64,000 nucleotides of DNA from the human T2T-CHM13v2.0 reference genome, Homo sapiens. The position numbers and the translations under genes are program-made. Within the stretch, counting starts at the first letter, position 1; every line of letters starts with the position of its first letter. The notes below the pieces were generated by a model. It made no database searches, had not been told where the DNA came from, and was given only the letters and a program-made list of their open reading frames with translations. Below, in pieces: positions 1-15,390 of this stretch. The stretch lies in the NCBI RefSeq assembly GCF_009914755.1, contig NC_060940.1; one strand, 5' to 3'.

Positions 1-3000
1 TGATGATTCTATTTGATTCAATTGGTTGACATTTCCATTCGATTCCATTCGATGATGATTCCATTTGATTCCATTCAAAGATGATTCCATTCTAGCCCAT
101 TCAATCATTCCATTCGATTCTATTCAATGATGATTCCATTCATGTCGATTTGGTGATTCCATTTGACTTCATTTGATGATGATTCCTTTCAAGTTCATTA
201 GATGATTCCATTCGATTCCATTTGATGATGATCCCATTCCAGTCCATTCAGTGATTCCACTCGTTTCCATTCCATGATGATTCCATTCCATTCCATTCAA
301 TGACTCCATTCGATTCCGTTTGATGATGATTTCATTCGAGTCCATTTGATGATTCCATTTGATTCCATTCGATGATGATTACATTCGAGTCCATACGATG
401 ATTCCACTCAATTCCATATGATGATGATTCCATTCGATTCCATTCGATGATTCCATTCTATTCTATTCAATGGTGATTCCATTCGAGTACATTAGATGAT
501 TCCATTCGATTCCATTCAATGATGATTCTATTTGTGTCCCTTAGATGGTTCCACATGATTCCATTTCATGATGATACTATTTGAGCCCATCCAATGATTC
601 CCTTCGTATCCATTCGATGAGGATTCCATTCGATTCAATTCATTGGTGATTCTATTCAATTCAATTCTTTGATTCCATTCCATTCCATTCGACAATGATT
701 CCATTCGATTTCTTTCGATGATTCCACTCGATTCCACTTGACATTGATTCCATTCGATTCCATTCAATGATTCCGTTTGATTCCAGTGGATGATGATTGC
801 CATCGATTCCATTCGATCACTCCATTCTATTCCATTTGATGATGATTACATTCGATTCCATTTGACGATTCCATCTGATTCTATTCGAGGATTCCATTTG
901 ATTCCATTCGATGATGATTCCATTCGAGTGCATTCGATGATTTCATTCGAGTACATCCACTGATTCCATTCGAGTCCATTTGATGATTCCATTTAATTCC
1001 ATTTGATTATGATTCGACTAGAGTCCATTCAATGACTCCATTCGAATCCATTCAACAATTCCATTCGAGGCCATTCGATGATTCCATTTCATGATTCCAT
1101 TCGAGTCCATTTAATCATTACAGTCGAGTCCATTTGGTGATTCCACTGGATTTCTTTTGATAATGATACCATTCAATTACATTTGATGATGATCCCATTC
1201 AATTTCATTTGATGGTGATTCCATTAGAGTCCATTCGATGATTTCATTCGAGTCCCTTCAGTGATTCCATCCGATTTCATTTGATGATGACTCCATTCGA
1301 GTCCATTCGATGATTCCACTCGATTCCATCAGATGGTTCCATTGGAGTCCATTTGATTGTTCCATTCGATTCTATTCAATTCCTTTCGAAGATTATTCCA
1401 TTTGAGTCCATTCGATGATGATTCCATTCCATTCCATTCGATGATTCCGTTTGATTCCATTCGATGATTCCCTTCGATTCCTTTCTTTGATGATTCCATT
1501 CCATTCCATTCAATGATTCCATTCGAATCTATTCCATGATGATTCCTTTCGATTCCATTCGCTGATGTTTCCGTTCAATTCCATTCGATGATGATTCCAT
1601 TCGATTCCATTCATTGAGGATTCCATTTGATTCCATTCAATGATGATTCCGTTCTATTCCATTCAATGATTGCATTCAATTCCATTCAATGATTATCCCC
1701 TTAGAGTAAACTCAACGATTCCATTCAATACCATTCGATGATGATTCCTTTTGAGTCCATTCAATGATTTCATTCAAGTCCATTTGATGATTCCTTTCAA
1801 TTCCATTCTATGATGATTCCATTCGAGTCCATTCGATGATTCCATTCGATTGCATTCGATGATTCCATTATATTCCATTCAACAATGATTCCATTCGAGT
1901 CCATTCGATGATTCCATTAGAGTACATTTAATGATTGCTTTGTTTTCAATTCGAAGATGATTACATTGGATTCCATTCTATGATACCATTCGATTCCATT
2001 CAATGATGATTCCACTCAAATCCATTGGATGATTCCATTCGTGTCCATTCGGTGATTTCATTAGATTCCATTCGAGGATGATTCCATTCGATTCCATTCG
2101 ATGATTCCATTCAATTCCATTCTATGATGATCATTCCATATGATCATTCCATTTGATTTCATTCGATGATGATTCCATTCGATTCCATTCGATGATTCCA
2201 TTCTATTCCATTCGATGATGATTCCATTCGAGTCCATTCGATGATTCCATTCGAGTCCATTTAATGATTCCATTGGGTTCAATTCAATGATGATTACATT
2301 GGATTCCGTTCTATGATTCCATTCAATTCCGTTCATTGACAATTTGATTCCATTCGATGATGATTCCATTTGAGTTCATTCGATGATTCTATTCGATTCT
2401 CTTCGATGGTGATTCAATTCTATTATATTGGATGATTCCATTCGATTCCATTTGATGTTGATTCAATTCGATTCTATTCGATGATGATTCCATTGGATTT
2501 CACTTGATGATTCTATTCGATTCCATTCAATGATGATTCACTTCTCGTCCATTGGATGATTCCATTTCATTCCATTCGATGATGATTCCATTCGATTCCA
2601 TTCGATGATTCCATTTGATTCCATGCGTCGGTGAGCAATTCGATTCAATTCCATGATGATTCTATTTGATTCAATTAGATGATGTTTCCATTCGAATCCA
2701 TTCCATGATTATTCCATTGGAATCCATTCGGCGATGATTCCATATGAGTCAATTCAATGATGATTCAATATGGGTCCGTTCGATGATAATTCCATTTGAT
2801 TTCATTCGGTGCTTCTATTCAATTCCAGTCGATGATGATTCCGTTGGAGTCCATACGATGATTCCATTTGATTTCATTTGATGATGATTCCATTCGATGA
2901 TGATTACATTGGATTCCATTCTATGATTCCATTCAATTCCATTCGTTGATGATTCGATTCCATTCAATGATGATTCCATTTGAGTTCATTCGATGATTCT

Positions 3001-3068
3001 ATTCGATTCCGTTCGATGGTGATTCAATTCTCTTATATTGGATGAATCCACTCGATTCCATTTGATGA
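1..3068 (+). repeat. Partial 6.1-kb higher-order unit (variant haplotype with 170-, 10- and 7-bp deletions)
   Basis: Landmark offsets to the next copy are 6023 (ATTGGTTGAC 21 vs 6044), 6193 (TTTGTGTCCC 531 vs 6724), 6203 (2041 vs 8244) and 6210 (2369 vs 8579). Confidence 0.88.
2667..2677 (-). promoter_or_regulatory. Candidate DUX4 binding motif TAATTGAATCA (one per unit that retains this segment)
   Basis: + strand TGATTCAATTA matches the DUX4 consensus TAAYBBAATCA on the minus strand. It recurs at 8877, 14989, 21101, 27239, 33302, 43064, 49274 and 62309, with the variant TAACTGAATCA at 61493. Motif match only; binding is not shown. Confidence 0.4.
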
Positions 3069-6000
3069 TTATTCCATTGGAGTCCACTTAGTGAATCCTT
3101 CAGATTCTACTCGAAGATGATTCCATTCAAGTCCATTCGATGATACCATTCAATTCCATTCGTTGATGCTTCCATTCAAGTGCATTCGATGATATCATTC
3201 GATTCCATTTGATGATAATTCCATTTGATTCCATGCGATGATTCTATTCGATTCCATTCAATGATAATTCCATTCAGTTCAGTGATTCCTCTGGACTCCA
3301 TTTGATGATGATTCCATTCAATGATTCCATTCGATTCTATTCGAAAGTGATTCCATTTGAATCCATTTGATGATGATTCCATTAGATTCCATTTGATGAT
3401 TCCATTCGATTCCATGCGACGATGATTCCATTCGATTCCATGTGATGATTCCATTCTATTCTATTCGATGATGATTCCATTCGATTCCATTCGATGATGA
3501 TTGGATTCGATTCCATTTGATGATATCATTTGATTCCATTCGTTAATGATTTCGATCAATTCCATTCGATGATTCCATTCGATTCCATTCGATGATGATT
3601 GGATTTGATTCCATTTGATGATTTCATTTGATTCCATTCGTTAATGATTTTGATCAATTCCATTCGATGATTCCATTCGATTCCATTCGATAATGATTAC
3701 ATCCGAGTCCATTCGATGATTCCATTTGAGCCTGTTCGATAATTCCTTTTGAGTCCAACCAATGATTCCATTCATTTCCATTCAATGATTCCATTCGAGT
3801 CCATTTGATCATTCCAGTAGGGTCCATTCGACGTTGATTCCATTGGAGTGCATTCGATGATTCCATTCGAGTCCATTTTAGGATTTGATTCGAGTCCTTT
3901 CGATGATTCCATTCGATTCCACTCGATGATGATTTCATTCGAGTCCATTCGACACTTCCAATCGATTCCATTTGATGTTTCCATTCGAGTCCAATTGATG
4001 ATTCCATTCAATTCCATTCGATGATGATTCCGTACGATTCCATTCTGTGATGATTCCATGTGATTGCATTCAATGATGATTCCTTTAGATTGCATTCGAT
4101 TGTGATTCATTTCGTCTTCATTCTATGGTTCCACAGGTTTCCATTCGTGTCCATTCCATTATTCCATTCTATTCCATTTGATGATGATTCCATTCGATTC
4201 CATTCATTGGTGATTCCACTCAATTCCATTCAATGATTCCATTCCATTTCTTTCAACAATGATTCCATTAGTTTCTATTCGGTGATCCACTTGATTCCAT
4301 TTGACGACGATTCCATTCGTGTCCATTCGATGATTCCATTTGATTCCATATGATGATGATTCCATTCGATTCCATACGATGATGATTCCATTCGAGTCCA
4401 TTCAATGGTGATTCCATTCAATTCCATTCGATGATTCCTTTCGATTCCATTCGATGATGATGGCATTCGATTCCTTTCAATCATTCCCTTTGATTCCATT
4501 CAAAGGTGATTTCATTCAAGTCCATTCGATAATTGCATTCGATTCCATTCTATGATGATTCCATTCGAGTCCATTTGATGATTCCATTCAATTCAAGTCA
4601 ATGATGATTCCATTCGATTCCATTCGATGATTCCATTGGATTCCATTCGATGATGATTCCATTCAAATCCATTCGATAATTCAATTCAAGTCCATTCGAT
4701 GATGATTAAAATCGAATCCATTCAAAGATTCCATTCAGTTCCATTCGATGATTCCCTTAGATTCCATTCGATGATTCCACTTGATTTCATTTACGATGAT
4801 TCCATTCGATTCCATGTGATGATTCCATTCAATTCTATTCAATGCTGTTTCCATTTCTTTCCATTCGACCATGATTGCCTTTGATTCCATTCAATGACTC
4901 CATTCGGTTCCTTTTGATGATGATTCCGTTCGATTCCATTTCATTATTCCATTTGATTCCATTGGATAAGTCCATTCGATTACATTCGATGATTATTCCA
5001 TTCGAGTGCATTAGATGATTCCATTCGAGTCCATTCGATGATTCCATTCGATTCCATTCGATGTTGATTCTGTTCAAATCCATTCGATGATTCCACTCGA
5101 TTCCATTCGATGACTCCAGTTGATCCCATTCGATGATTTCCTTTGATTCCCTTTGATGATCATTCCATTTGATTCAATTCGGTGATTTCATTTGATTCCA
5201 TTCAGTGATGTTTCCATTCGACTCCATTCGATGATGATTCCATTCGACTCCATTCGATTATGATTTCATTCAATTCCATTCGATAATGATTCCCTTCGAG
5301 TCCATTCGATGATTCCATTCGATTCCATTCAACGATGATTTGATTCGTGTCCATTCGATGATTCCATTTGATTCCACTTGATGATGATTCCATTCGAGTC
5401 CATTTGATGATTCCATTCAATTCCATTCTCCGATGATTTCTTTTGAGCCCATTCAATGCTTCCACTCGATTCCATATGATGATGACTCCATTCGATGAAA
5501 TTCGATGATGATTCCATTCGCTTGCATTCGATGATGATTCCACTTGAGTCCATTAGAAGATTCTATTCAATTACATTCCATGACGATTCCGTTCGAGTCC
5601 ATTTGATGATTCCATTAGACTCCATTCGACGATGATTCCATTCGATGTTATTCGATGATTCCATTCGATCTCATTCGATGATGATTCCATTCAACTCCAT
5701 TCGATGTTTCCATTCGAGTTCATTCTATTATTCCATTAGATTCCATTCGATGATGATTCCATTCGATTCCATTTGATGATTGCATTCTATTTCATTTGAT
5801 GATGATTCCATTCGAGTCCACTCGATGATTCCATTCGAGTCCATTTAATGAATCCATTGGTTTCAATTCTATGATGATTACATTGGATTCCATTCGTTGA
5901 TGATTTCATTCGGTTCCATTCAATGATGATTCCATTCAATTCCTTTCAATGTTTCCATTCAATTCCATACGATGATGATTCCATTTGATTTGATTCGACA

Positions 6001-9000
6001 GTGAGCCATTCGATTCAATTCCATGATGATTCTATTTGATTCCATTGGTTGACATTTCCATTCGATTCCATTCGATGATGATTCCCTTTGATTCCATTCA
6101 AAGATGATTCCATTCTAGCCCATTCAATCATTCCATTCGAATCTATTCAATGATGATTCCATTCATGTCGATTTGGTGATTCCATTTGACTTCATTTGAT
6201 GATGATTCCTTTCAAGTTCATTAGATGATTCCATTCGATTCCATTTGATGATGATCCCATTCGAGTCCATTCAGTGATTCCACTCGTTTCCATTCCATGA
6301 TGATTCCATTCCATTCCATGCAATGATTCCATTCGATTCCGTTTGATGATGATTTCATTCGAGTCCATTTGATGATTCCATTTGATTCCATTCGATGATG
6401 ATTCCATTCGAGTCCATTCGATGATTCTATTCGAATCCATTTGATGATTTCTTTTGATTATAGTTGGTGATGATTCCATTGGAGTCCATTCAATGATTCC
6501 ATTCGATTCCAATCGATGGTGATTCCATTAGAGTCCATTTAATGATTCCATTTGATTCCAGTCTCTGATGATTACATTCGAGTCCATACGATGATTCCAC
6601 TCAATTCCATATGATGATGATTCCATTCGATTCCATTCGATGATTCCATTCTATTCTATTCAATGGTGATTCCATTCGAGTACATTAGATGATTCCATTC
6701 GATTCCATTCAATGATGATTCTATTTGTGTCCCTTAGATGATTCCACATGATTCCATTAGATGATGATACTATTTGAGCCCATCCAATGATTCCCTTCGA
6801 TTCCATTCGATGAGGATTCCATTCGATTCAATTCATTGGTGATTCTATTCAATTCAATTCTTTGATTCCATTCCATTCCATTCGACAATGATTCCATTCG
6901 ATTTCTTTCGATGATTCCACTCGATTCCACTTGACATTGATTCCCTTCGATTCCATTCAATGATTCCATTTGATTCCAGTGGATGATGATTGCCATCGAT
7001 TCCATTTGATCACTCCATTCTATTCCACTTGATGATGATTACATTCGATTCCATTTGACGATTCCATCTGATTCTATTCGAGGATTCCATTTGATTCCAT
7101 TCGATGATGATTCCATTCGAGTCCATTCGATGATATCATTCGAATACATCCAATGATTCCATTCGAGTCCATTTGATGATTCCATTTGATTCCATTTGAT
7201 AATGATTCTACTAGAGTCCATTCAATGACTCCATTGGAGTCCATTCAACAATTCCATTCGACTCCATTTGATGATTCCATTGGATTCCATTTGATGATTC
7301 CATTCGAGTCCATTTAATCATTACAGTCGAGTCCATTTGGTGATTCCACCGGATTTCTTTTGATAATGATACCATTCAATTACATTTGATGATGATCCCA
7401 TTCAATTTCATTTGATGATGATTCCATTAGAGTCTATTCGATGATTTCATTCGAGTCCCTTCATTGATTCCATCCGATTTCATTGGATGATGACTCCATT
7501 CGAGTCCATTCGATGATTCCACTCGATTCCATTAGATGATTCCATTGGAGTCCATTTCATTGTTCCATTCGATTCCATTCGATTCCTTTCGAAGATTATT
7601 CCATTTGAGTCCATTCGATGATGATTCCATTCCATTCCATTCGATGATTCCGTTTGATTCCATTCGATGATTCCCTTCGATTCCTTTCTTTGATGATTCC
7701 ATTCCATTCCATTCAATGATTCCATTCGAATCTATTCCATGATGATTCCTTTCGATTCCATTCGCTGATGATTCCGTTCAATTCCATTCGATGATGATTC
7801 CATTCGATTCCATTCATTGAGGATTCCATTTGATTCCATTCAATGATGATTCCGTTCTATTCCATTCAATGATTGCATTCAATTCCATTCAGTGATTATC
7901 CCCTTAGAGTAAACTCAACGATTCCATTCAATACCATTCGATGATGATTCCTTTTGAGTCCATTCAATGATTTCATTCAAGTCCATTTGATGATTCCTTT
8001 CAATTCCATTCTATGATGATTCCATTCGAGTCCATTCGATGATTCCATTCGATTGCATTTGATGATTACATTATATTCCAGTCAACGATGATTCCATTCG
8101 AGTCCATTCGATGATTCCATTAGAGTACATTTAATGATTGCTTTGTTTTCAATTCGAAGATGATTACATTGGATTCCATTCTATGATACCATTCGATTCC
8201 ATTCAATGATGATTCCACTCAAATCCATTGGATGATTCCATTCTTGTCCATTCGGTGATTTCATTAGATTCCATTCGAGGATGATTCCATTCGATTCCAT
8301 TCGATGATTCCATTCAATTCCATTCGAGGATGATTCTATTCCAGTCCATATGATCATTCCATTTGATTTCATTCGATGATGATTCCATTCGATTCCATTC
8401 GATGATTCCATTCTATTCCATTCGATGATGATTCCATTCGAGTCCATTCGATGATTCCATTCGAGTCCATTTAATGATTCCATTGGGTTCAATTCAATGA
8501 TGATTACATTGGATTCCGTTCTATGATTCCATTCAATTCCGTTCATTGACAATTTGATTCCATTCGATGATGATTCCATTTGAGTTCATTCGATGATTCT
8601 ATTCGATTCTCTTCGATGGTGATTCAATTCTATTATATTGGATGATTCCATTCGATTCCATTTGATGTTGATTCAATTCGATTCTATTCGATGATGATTC
8701 CATTGGATTTCACTTGATGATTCTATTCGATTCCATTCAATGATGATTCACTTCTCGTCCATTGGATGATTCCATTTCATTCCATTCGATGATGATTCCA
8801 TTCGATTCCATTCGATGATTCCATTTGATTCCATGCGTTGGTGAGCAATTCGATTCAATTCCATGATGATTCTATTTGATTCAATTAGATGATGTTTCCA
8901 TTCGAATCCATTCCATGATTATTCCATTGGAATCCATTCGGCGATGATTCCATATGAGTCAATTCAATGATGATTCCATATGGGTCCGTTCGATGATAAT

Positions 9001-9278
9001 TCCATTAGATTTCATTCGGTGCTTCTATTCAATTCCAGTCGATGATGATTCCGTTGGAGTCCATACGATGATTCCATTTGATTTCATTTGATGATGATTC
9101 CATTCGATGATGATTACATTGGATTCCATTCTATGATTCCATTCAATTCCATTCGTTGATGATTCGATTCCATTCAATGATGATTCCATTTGAGTTCATT
9201 CGATGATTCTATTCGATTCCGTTCGATGGTGATTCAATTCTCTTATATTGGATGAATCCACTCGATTCCATTTGATGA
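3069..9278 (+). repeat. Higher-order unit, 6210 bp (6112 + 98-bp internal duplication)
   Basis: Landmark TTATTCCATTGGAGTCCACTTAGTG at 3069 and 9279. The ORF track repeats at +6210 before the duplication and +6112 after it. Confidence 0.93.
3501..3696 (+). repeat. 98-bp tandem duplication within a unit
   Basis: TTGGATT(C/T)GA...CGTTAATGATTT.GATCAATT occurs at 3501 and 3599; it is single-copy in the 6112-bp units. Confidence 0.9.
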
Positions 9279-12200
9279 TTATTCCATTGGAGTCCACTTA
9301 GTGAATCCTTCAGATTCTACTCGAAGATGATTCCATTCAAGTCCATTCGATGATACCATTCAATTCCATTCGTTGATGCTTCCATTCAAGTGCATTCGAT
9401 GATATCATTCGATTCCATTTGATGATAATTCCATTTGATTCCATGCGATGATTCTATTCGATTCCATTCAATGATAATTCCATTCAGTTCAGTGATTCCT
9501 CTGGACTCCATTTGATGATGATTCCATTCAATGATTCCATTCGATTCTATTCGAAAGTGATTCCATTTGAATCCATTTGATGATGATTCCATTAGATTCC
9601 ATTTGATGATTCCATTCGATTCCATGCGACGATGATTCCATTCGATTCCATGTGATGATTCCATTCTATTCTATTCGATGATGATTCCATTCGATTCCAT
9701 TCGATGATGATTGGATTCGATTCCATTTGATGATATCATTTGATTCCATTCGTTAATGATTTCGATCAATTCCATTCGATGATTCCATTCGATTCCATTC
9801 GATAATGATTACATCCGTGTCCATTCAGTGATTCCATTTGAGCCTGTTCGATAATTCCATTTGAGTCCAACCAATGATTCCATTCATTTCCATTCAATGA
9901 TTCCATTCGAGTCCATTTGATCATTCCGGTAGGGTCCATTCGATGTTGATTCCATTGGAGTGCATTCGATGATTCCATTCGAGTCCATTTTACGATTTGA
10001 TTCGAGTCCTTTCGATGATTCCATTCGATTCCACTCGATGATGATTTCATTCGAGTCCATTCGACACTTCCAATCGATTCCATTTGATGTTTCCATTCGA
10101 GTCCAATTGATGATTCCATTCAATTCCATTCGATGATGATTCCGTACGATTCCATTCTGTGATGATTCCATGTGATTGCATTCAATGATGATTCCTTTAG
10201 ATTGCATTCGATTGTGATTCATTTCGTCTTCGTTCTATGGTTCCACAGGTTTCCATTCGTGTCCATTCCATTATTCCATTCTATTCCATTTGATGATGAT
10301 TCCATTCGATTCCATTCATTGGTGATTCCACTCAATTCCATTCAATGATTCCATTCCATTTCTTTCAACAATGATTCCATTAGTTTCTAATCGATGATCC
10401 ACTTGATTCCATTTGACGACGATTCCATTCTTGTCCATTCGATGATTCCATTTGATTCCATATGATGATGATTCCATTCGATTCCATACGATGATGATTC
10501 CATTCGAGTCCATTCAATGGTGATTCCATTCAATTCCATTCGATGATTCCTTTCGATTCCATTCGATGATGATGGCATTCGATTCCTTTCAATCATTCCC
10601 TTTGATTGCATTGAAAGGTGATTTCATTCAAGTCCATTCGATAATTGCATTCGATTCCATTCTATGATGATTCCATTCGAGTCCATTTGATGATTCCATT
10701 CAATTCAAGTCAATGATGATTCCATTCGATTCCATTCGATGATTCCATTGGATTCCATTCGATGATGATTCCATTCAAATCCATTCGATAATTCAATTCA
10801 AGTCCATTCGATGATGATTAAAATCGAATCTATTCAAAGATTCCATTCAGTTGCATTCGATGATTCCCTTAGATTCCATTCGATGATTCCACTTGATTTC
10901 ATTTACGATGATTCCATTCGATTCCATGTGATGATTCCATTCAATTCTATTCAATGCTGTTTCCATTTGATTCCATTCGACCATGATTGCCTTTGATTCC
11001 ATTCAATGACTCCATTCGGTTCCTTTTGATGATGATTCCGTTCGATTCCATTTCATTATTCCATTTGATTCCATTGGATGAGTCCATTCGATTACATTCG
11101 ATGATTATTCCATTCGAGTGCATTAGATGATTCCATTCGAGTCCATTCGATGATTCCATTCGATTCCATTCGATGTTGATTCTGTTCAAATCCATTCGAT
11201 GATTCCACTCGATTCCATTCGATGACTCCAGTTGATCCCATTCGATGATTTCCTTTGATTCCCTTTGATGATCATTCCATTTGATTCAATTCGGTGATTT
11301 CATTTGATTCCATTCAGTGATGTTTCCATTCGACTCCATTCGATGATGATTCCATTCGACTCCATTCGATTATGATTTCATTCAATTCCATTCGATAATG
11401 ATTCCCTTCGAGTCCATTCGATGATTCCATTCGATTCCATTCAACGATGATTTGATTCGTGTCCATTCGATGATTCCATTTGATTCCACTTGATGATGAT
11501 TCCATTCGAGTCCATTTGATGATTCCATTCAATTCCATTCTCCGATGATTTCTTTTGAGCCCATTCAATGCTTCCACTCGATTCCATATGATGATGACTC
11601 CATTCGATGAAATTCGATGATGATTCCATTCGCTTGCATTCGATGATGATTCCACTTGAGTCCATTAGAAGATTCTATTCAATTACATTCCATGACGATT
11701 CCGTTCGAGTCCATTTGATGATTCCATTAGACTCCATTCGACGATGATTCCATTCGATGTTATTCGATGATTCCATTCGATCTCATTCGATGATGATTCC
11801 ATTCAACTCCATTCGATGTTTCCATTCGAGTTCATTCTATTATTCCATTAGATTCCATTCGATGATGATTCCATTCGATTCCATTTGATGATTGCATTCT
11901 ATTTCATTTGATGATGATTCCATTCGAGTCCACTCGATGATTCCATTCGAGTCCATTTAATGAATCCATTGGTTTCAATTCTATGATGATTACATTGGAT
12001 TCCATTCGTTGATGATTTCATTCGGTTCCATTCAATGATGATTCAATTCAATTCCTTTCAATGTTTCCATTCAATTCCATACGATGATGATTCCATTTGA
12101 TTTGATTCGACAGTGAGCCATTCGATTCAATTCCATGATGATTCTATTTGATTCCATTGGTTGACATTTCCATTCGATTCCATTCGATGATGATTCCCTT

Positions 12201-15200
12201 TGATTCCATTCAAAGATGATTCCATTCTAGCCCATTCAATCATTCCATTCGAATCTATTCAATGATGATTCCATTCATGTCGATTTCGTGATTCCATTTG
12301 ACTTCATTTGATGATGATTCCTTTCAAGTTCATTAGATGATTCCATTCGATTCCATTTGATGATGATCCCATTCGAGTCCATTCAGTGATTCCACTCGTT
12401 TCCATTCCATGATGATTCCATTCCATTCCATGCAATGATTCCATTCGATTCCGTTTGATGATGATTTCATTCGAGTCCATTTGATGATTCCATTTGATTC
12501 CATTCGATGATGATTCCATTCGAGTCCATTCGATGATTCTATTCGAATCCATTTGATGATTTCTTTTGATTATAGTTGGTGATGATTCCATTGGAGTCCA
12601 TTCAATGATTCCATTCGATTCCAATCGATGGTGATTCCATTAGAGTCCATTTAATGATTCCATTTGATTCCAGTCTCTGATGATTACATTCGAGTCCATA
12701 CGATGATTCCACTCAATTCCATATCATGATGATTCCATTCGATTCCATTCGATGATTCCATTCTATTCTATTCAATGGTGATTCCATTCGAGTACATTAG
12801 ATGATTCCATTCGATTCCATTCAGTGATGATTCTATTTGTGTCCCTTAGATGATTCCACATGATTCCATTAGATGATGATACTATTTGAGCCCATCCAAT
12901 GATTCCCTTCGATTCCATTCGATGAGGATTCCATTCGATTCAATTCATTGGTGATTCTATTCAATTCAATTCTTTGATTCCATTCCATTCCATTCGACAA
13001 TGATTCCATTCGATTTCTTTCGATGATTCCACTCGATTCCACTTGACATTGATTCCCTTCGATTCCATTCAATGATTCCATTTGATTCCAGTGGATGATG
13101 ATTGCCATCGATTCCATTTGATCACTCCATTCTATTCCACTTGATGATGATTACATTCGATTCCATTTGACGATTCCATCTGATTCTATTCGAGGATTCC
13201 ATTTGATTCCATTCGATGATGATTCCATTCGAGTCCATTCGATGATATCATTCGAGTACATCCAATGATTCCATTCGAGTCCATTTGATGATTCCATTTG
13301 ATTCCATTTGATAATGATTCTACTAGAGTCCATTCAATGACTCCATTGGAGTCCATTCAACAATTCCATTCGACTCCATTTGATGATTCCATTGGATTCC
13401 ATTTGATGATTCCATTCGAGTCCATTTAATCATTACAGTCGAGTCCATTTGGTGATTCCACCGGATTTCTTTTGATAATGATACCATTCAATTACATTTG
13501 ATGATGATCCCATTCAATTTCATTTGATGATGATTCCATTAGAGTCCATTCGATGATTTCATTCGAGTCCCTTCATTGATTCCATCCGATTTCATTGGAT
13601 GATGACTCCATTCGAGTCCATTCGATGATTCCACTCGATTCCATTAGATGATTCCATTGGAGTCCATTTGATTGTTCCATTCGATTCCATTCGATTCCTT
13701 TCGAAGATTATTCCATTTGAGTCCATTCGATGATGATTCCATTCCATTCCATTCGATGATTCCGTTTGATTCCATTTGATGATTCCCTTCGATTCCTTTC
13801 TTTGATGATTCCATTCCATTCCATTCAATGATTCCATTCGAATCTATTCCATGATGATTCCTTTCGATTCCATTCGCTGATGTTTCCGTTCAATTCCATT
13901 CGATGATGATTCCATTCGATTCCATTCATTGAGGATTCCATTTGATTCCATTCAATGATGATTCCGTTCTATTCCATTCAATGATTGCATTCAATTCCAT
14001 TAAGTGATTATCCCCTTAGAGTAAACTCAACGATTCCATTCAATACCATTCGATGATGATTCCTTTTGAGTCCATTCAATGATTTCATTCAAGTCCATTT
14101 GATGATTCCTTTGAATTCCATTCTATGATGATTCCATTCGAGTCCATTCGATGATTCCATTCGATTGCATTCGATGATTCCATTATATTCCAGTCAACGA
14201 TGATTCCATTCGAGTCCATTCGATGATTCCATTAGAGTACATTTAATGATTGCTTTGTTTTCAATTCGAAGATGATTACATTGGATTCCATTCTATGATA
14301 CCATTCGATTCCATTCAATGATGATTCCACTCAAATCCATTGGATGATTCCATTCGTGTCCATTCGGTGATTTCATTAGATTCCATTCGAGGATGATTCC
14401 ATTCGATTCCATTCGATGATTCCATTCAATTCCATTCGAGGATGATTCCATTCCAGTCCATATGATCATTCCATTTGATTTCATTCGATGATGATTCCAT
14501 TCGATTCCATTCGATGATTCCATTCTATTCCATTCGATGATGATTCCATTCGAGTCCATTCGATGATTCCATTCGAGTCCATTTAATGATTCCATTGGGT
14601 TCAATTCAATGATGATTACATTGGATTCCGTTCTATGATTCCATTCAATTCCGTTCATTGACAATTTGATTCCATTCGATGATGATTCCATTTGAGTTCA
14701 TTCGATGATTCTATTCGATTCTCTTCGATGGTGATTCAATTCTATTATATTGGATGATTCCATTCGATTCCATTTGATGTTGATTCAATTCGATTCTATT
14801 CGATGATGATTCCATTGGATTTCACTTGATGATTCTATTCGATTCCATTCAATGATGATTCACTTCTCGTCCATTGGATGATTCCATTTCATTCCATTCG
14901 ATGATGATTCCATTCGATTCCATTCGATGATTCCATTTGATTCCATGCGTCGGTGAGCAATTCGATTCAATTCCATGATGATTCTATTTGATTCAATTAG
15001 ATGATGTTTCCATTCGAATCCATTCCATGATTATTCCATTGGAATCCATTCGGTGATGATTCCATATGAGTCAATTCAATGATGATTCCATATGGGTCCG
15101 TTCGATGATAATTCCATTTGATTTCATTCGGTGCTTCTATTCAATTCCAGTCGATGATGATTCCGTTGGAGTCCATACGATGATTCCATTTGATTTCATT

Positions 15201-15390
15201 TGATGATGATTCCATTCGATGATGATTACATTGGATTCCATTCTATGATTCCATTCAATTCCATTCGTTGATGATTCGATTCCATTCAATGATGATTCCA
15301 TTTGAGTTCATTCGATGATTCTATTCGATTCCGTTCGATGGTGATTCAATTCTCTTATATTGGATGAATCCACTCGATTCCATTTGATGA
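9279..15390 (+). repeat. Canonical higher-order unit, 6112 bp
   Basis: Landmarks at 9279 and 15391. The ORF-track entries recur at exactly +6112 (e.g. 9386 to 15498, 10811 to 16923). Confidence 0.95.

Noticed and set aside
268-298. CATTCC (TEAD/MCAT-like) motifs in short CCATTCCATTCC runs
   Set aside because: A 6-mer one substitution away from the monomer core is expected by chance here and cannot be called regulatory from sequence alone.
4699-4884. The only + strand ORF (61 aa, MMIKIESIQ...), recurring in several units
   Set aside because: A chance stop-free stretch of satellite. Recurrence reflects unit duplication, and it is missing from the track in the 35, 39, 51 and 55 kb copies.
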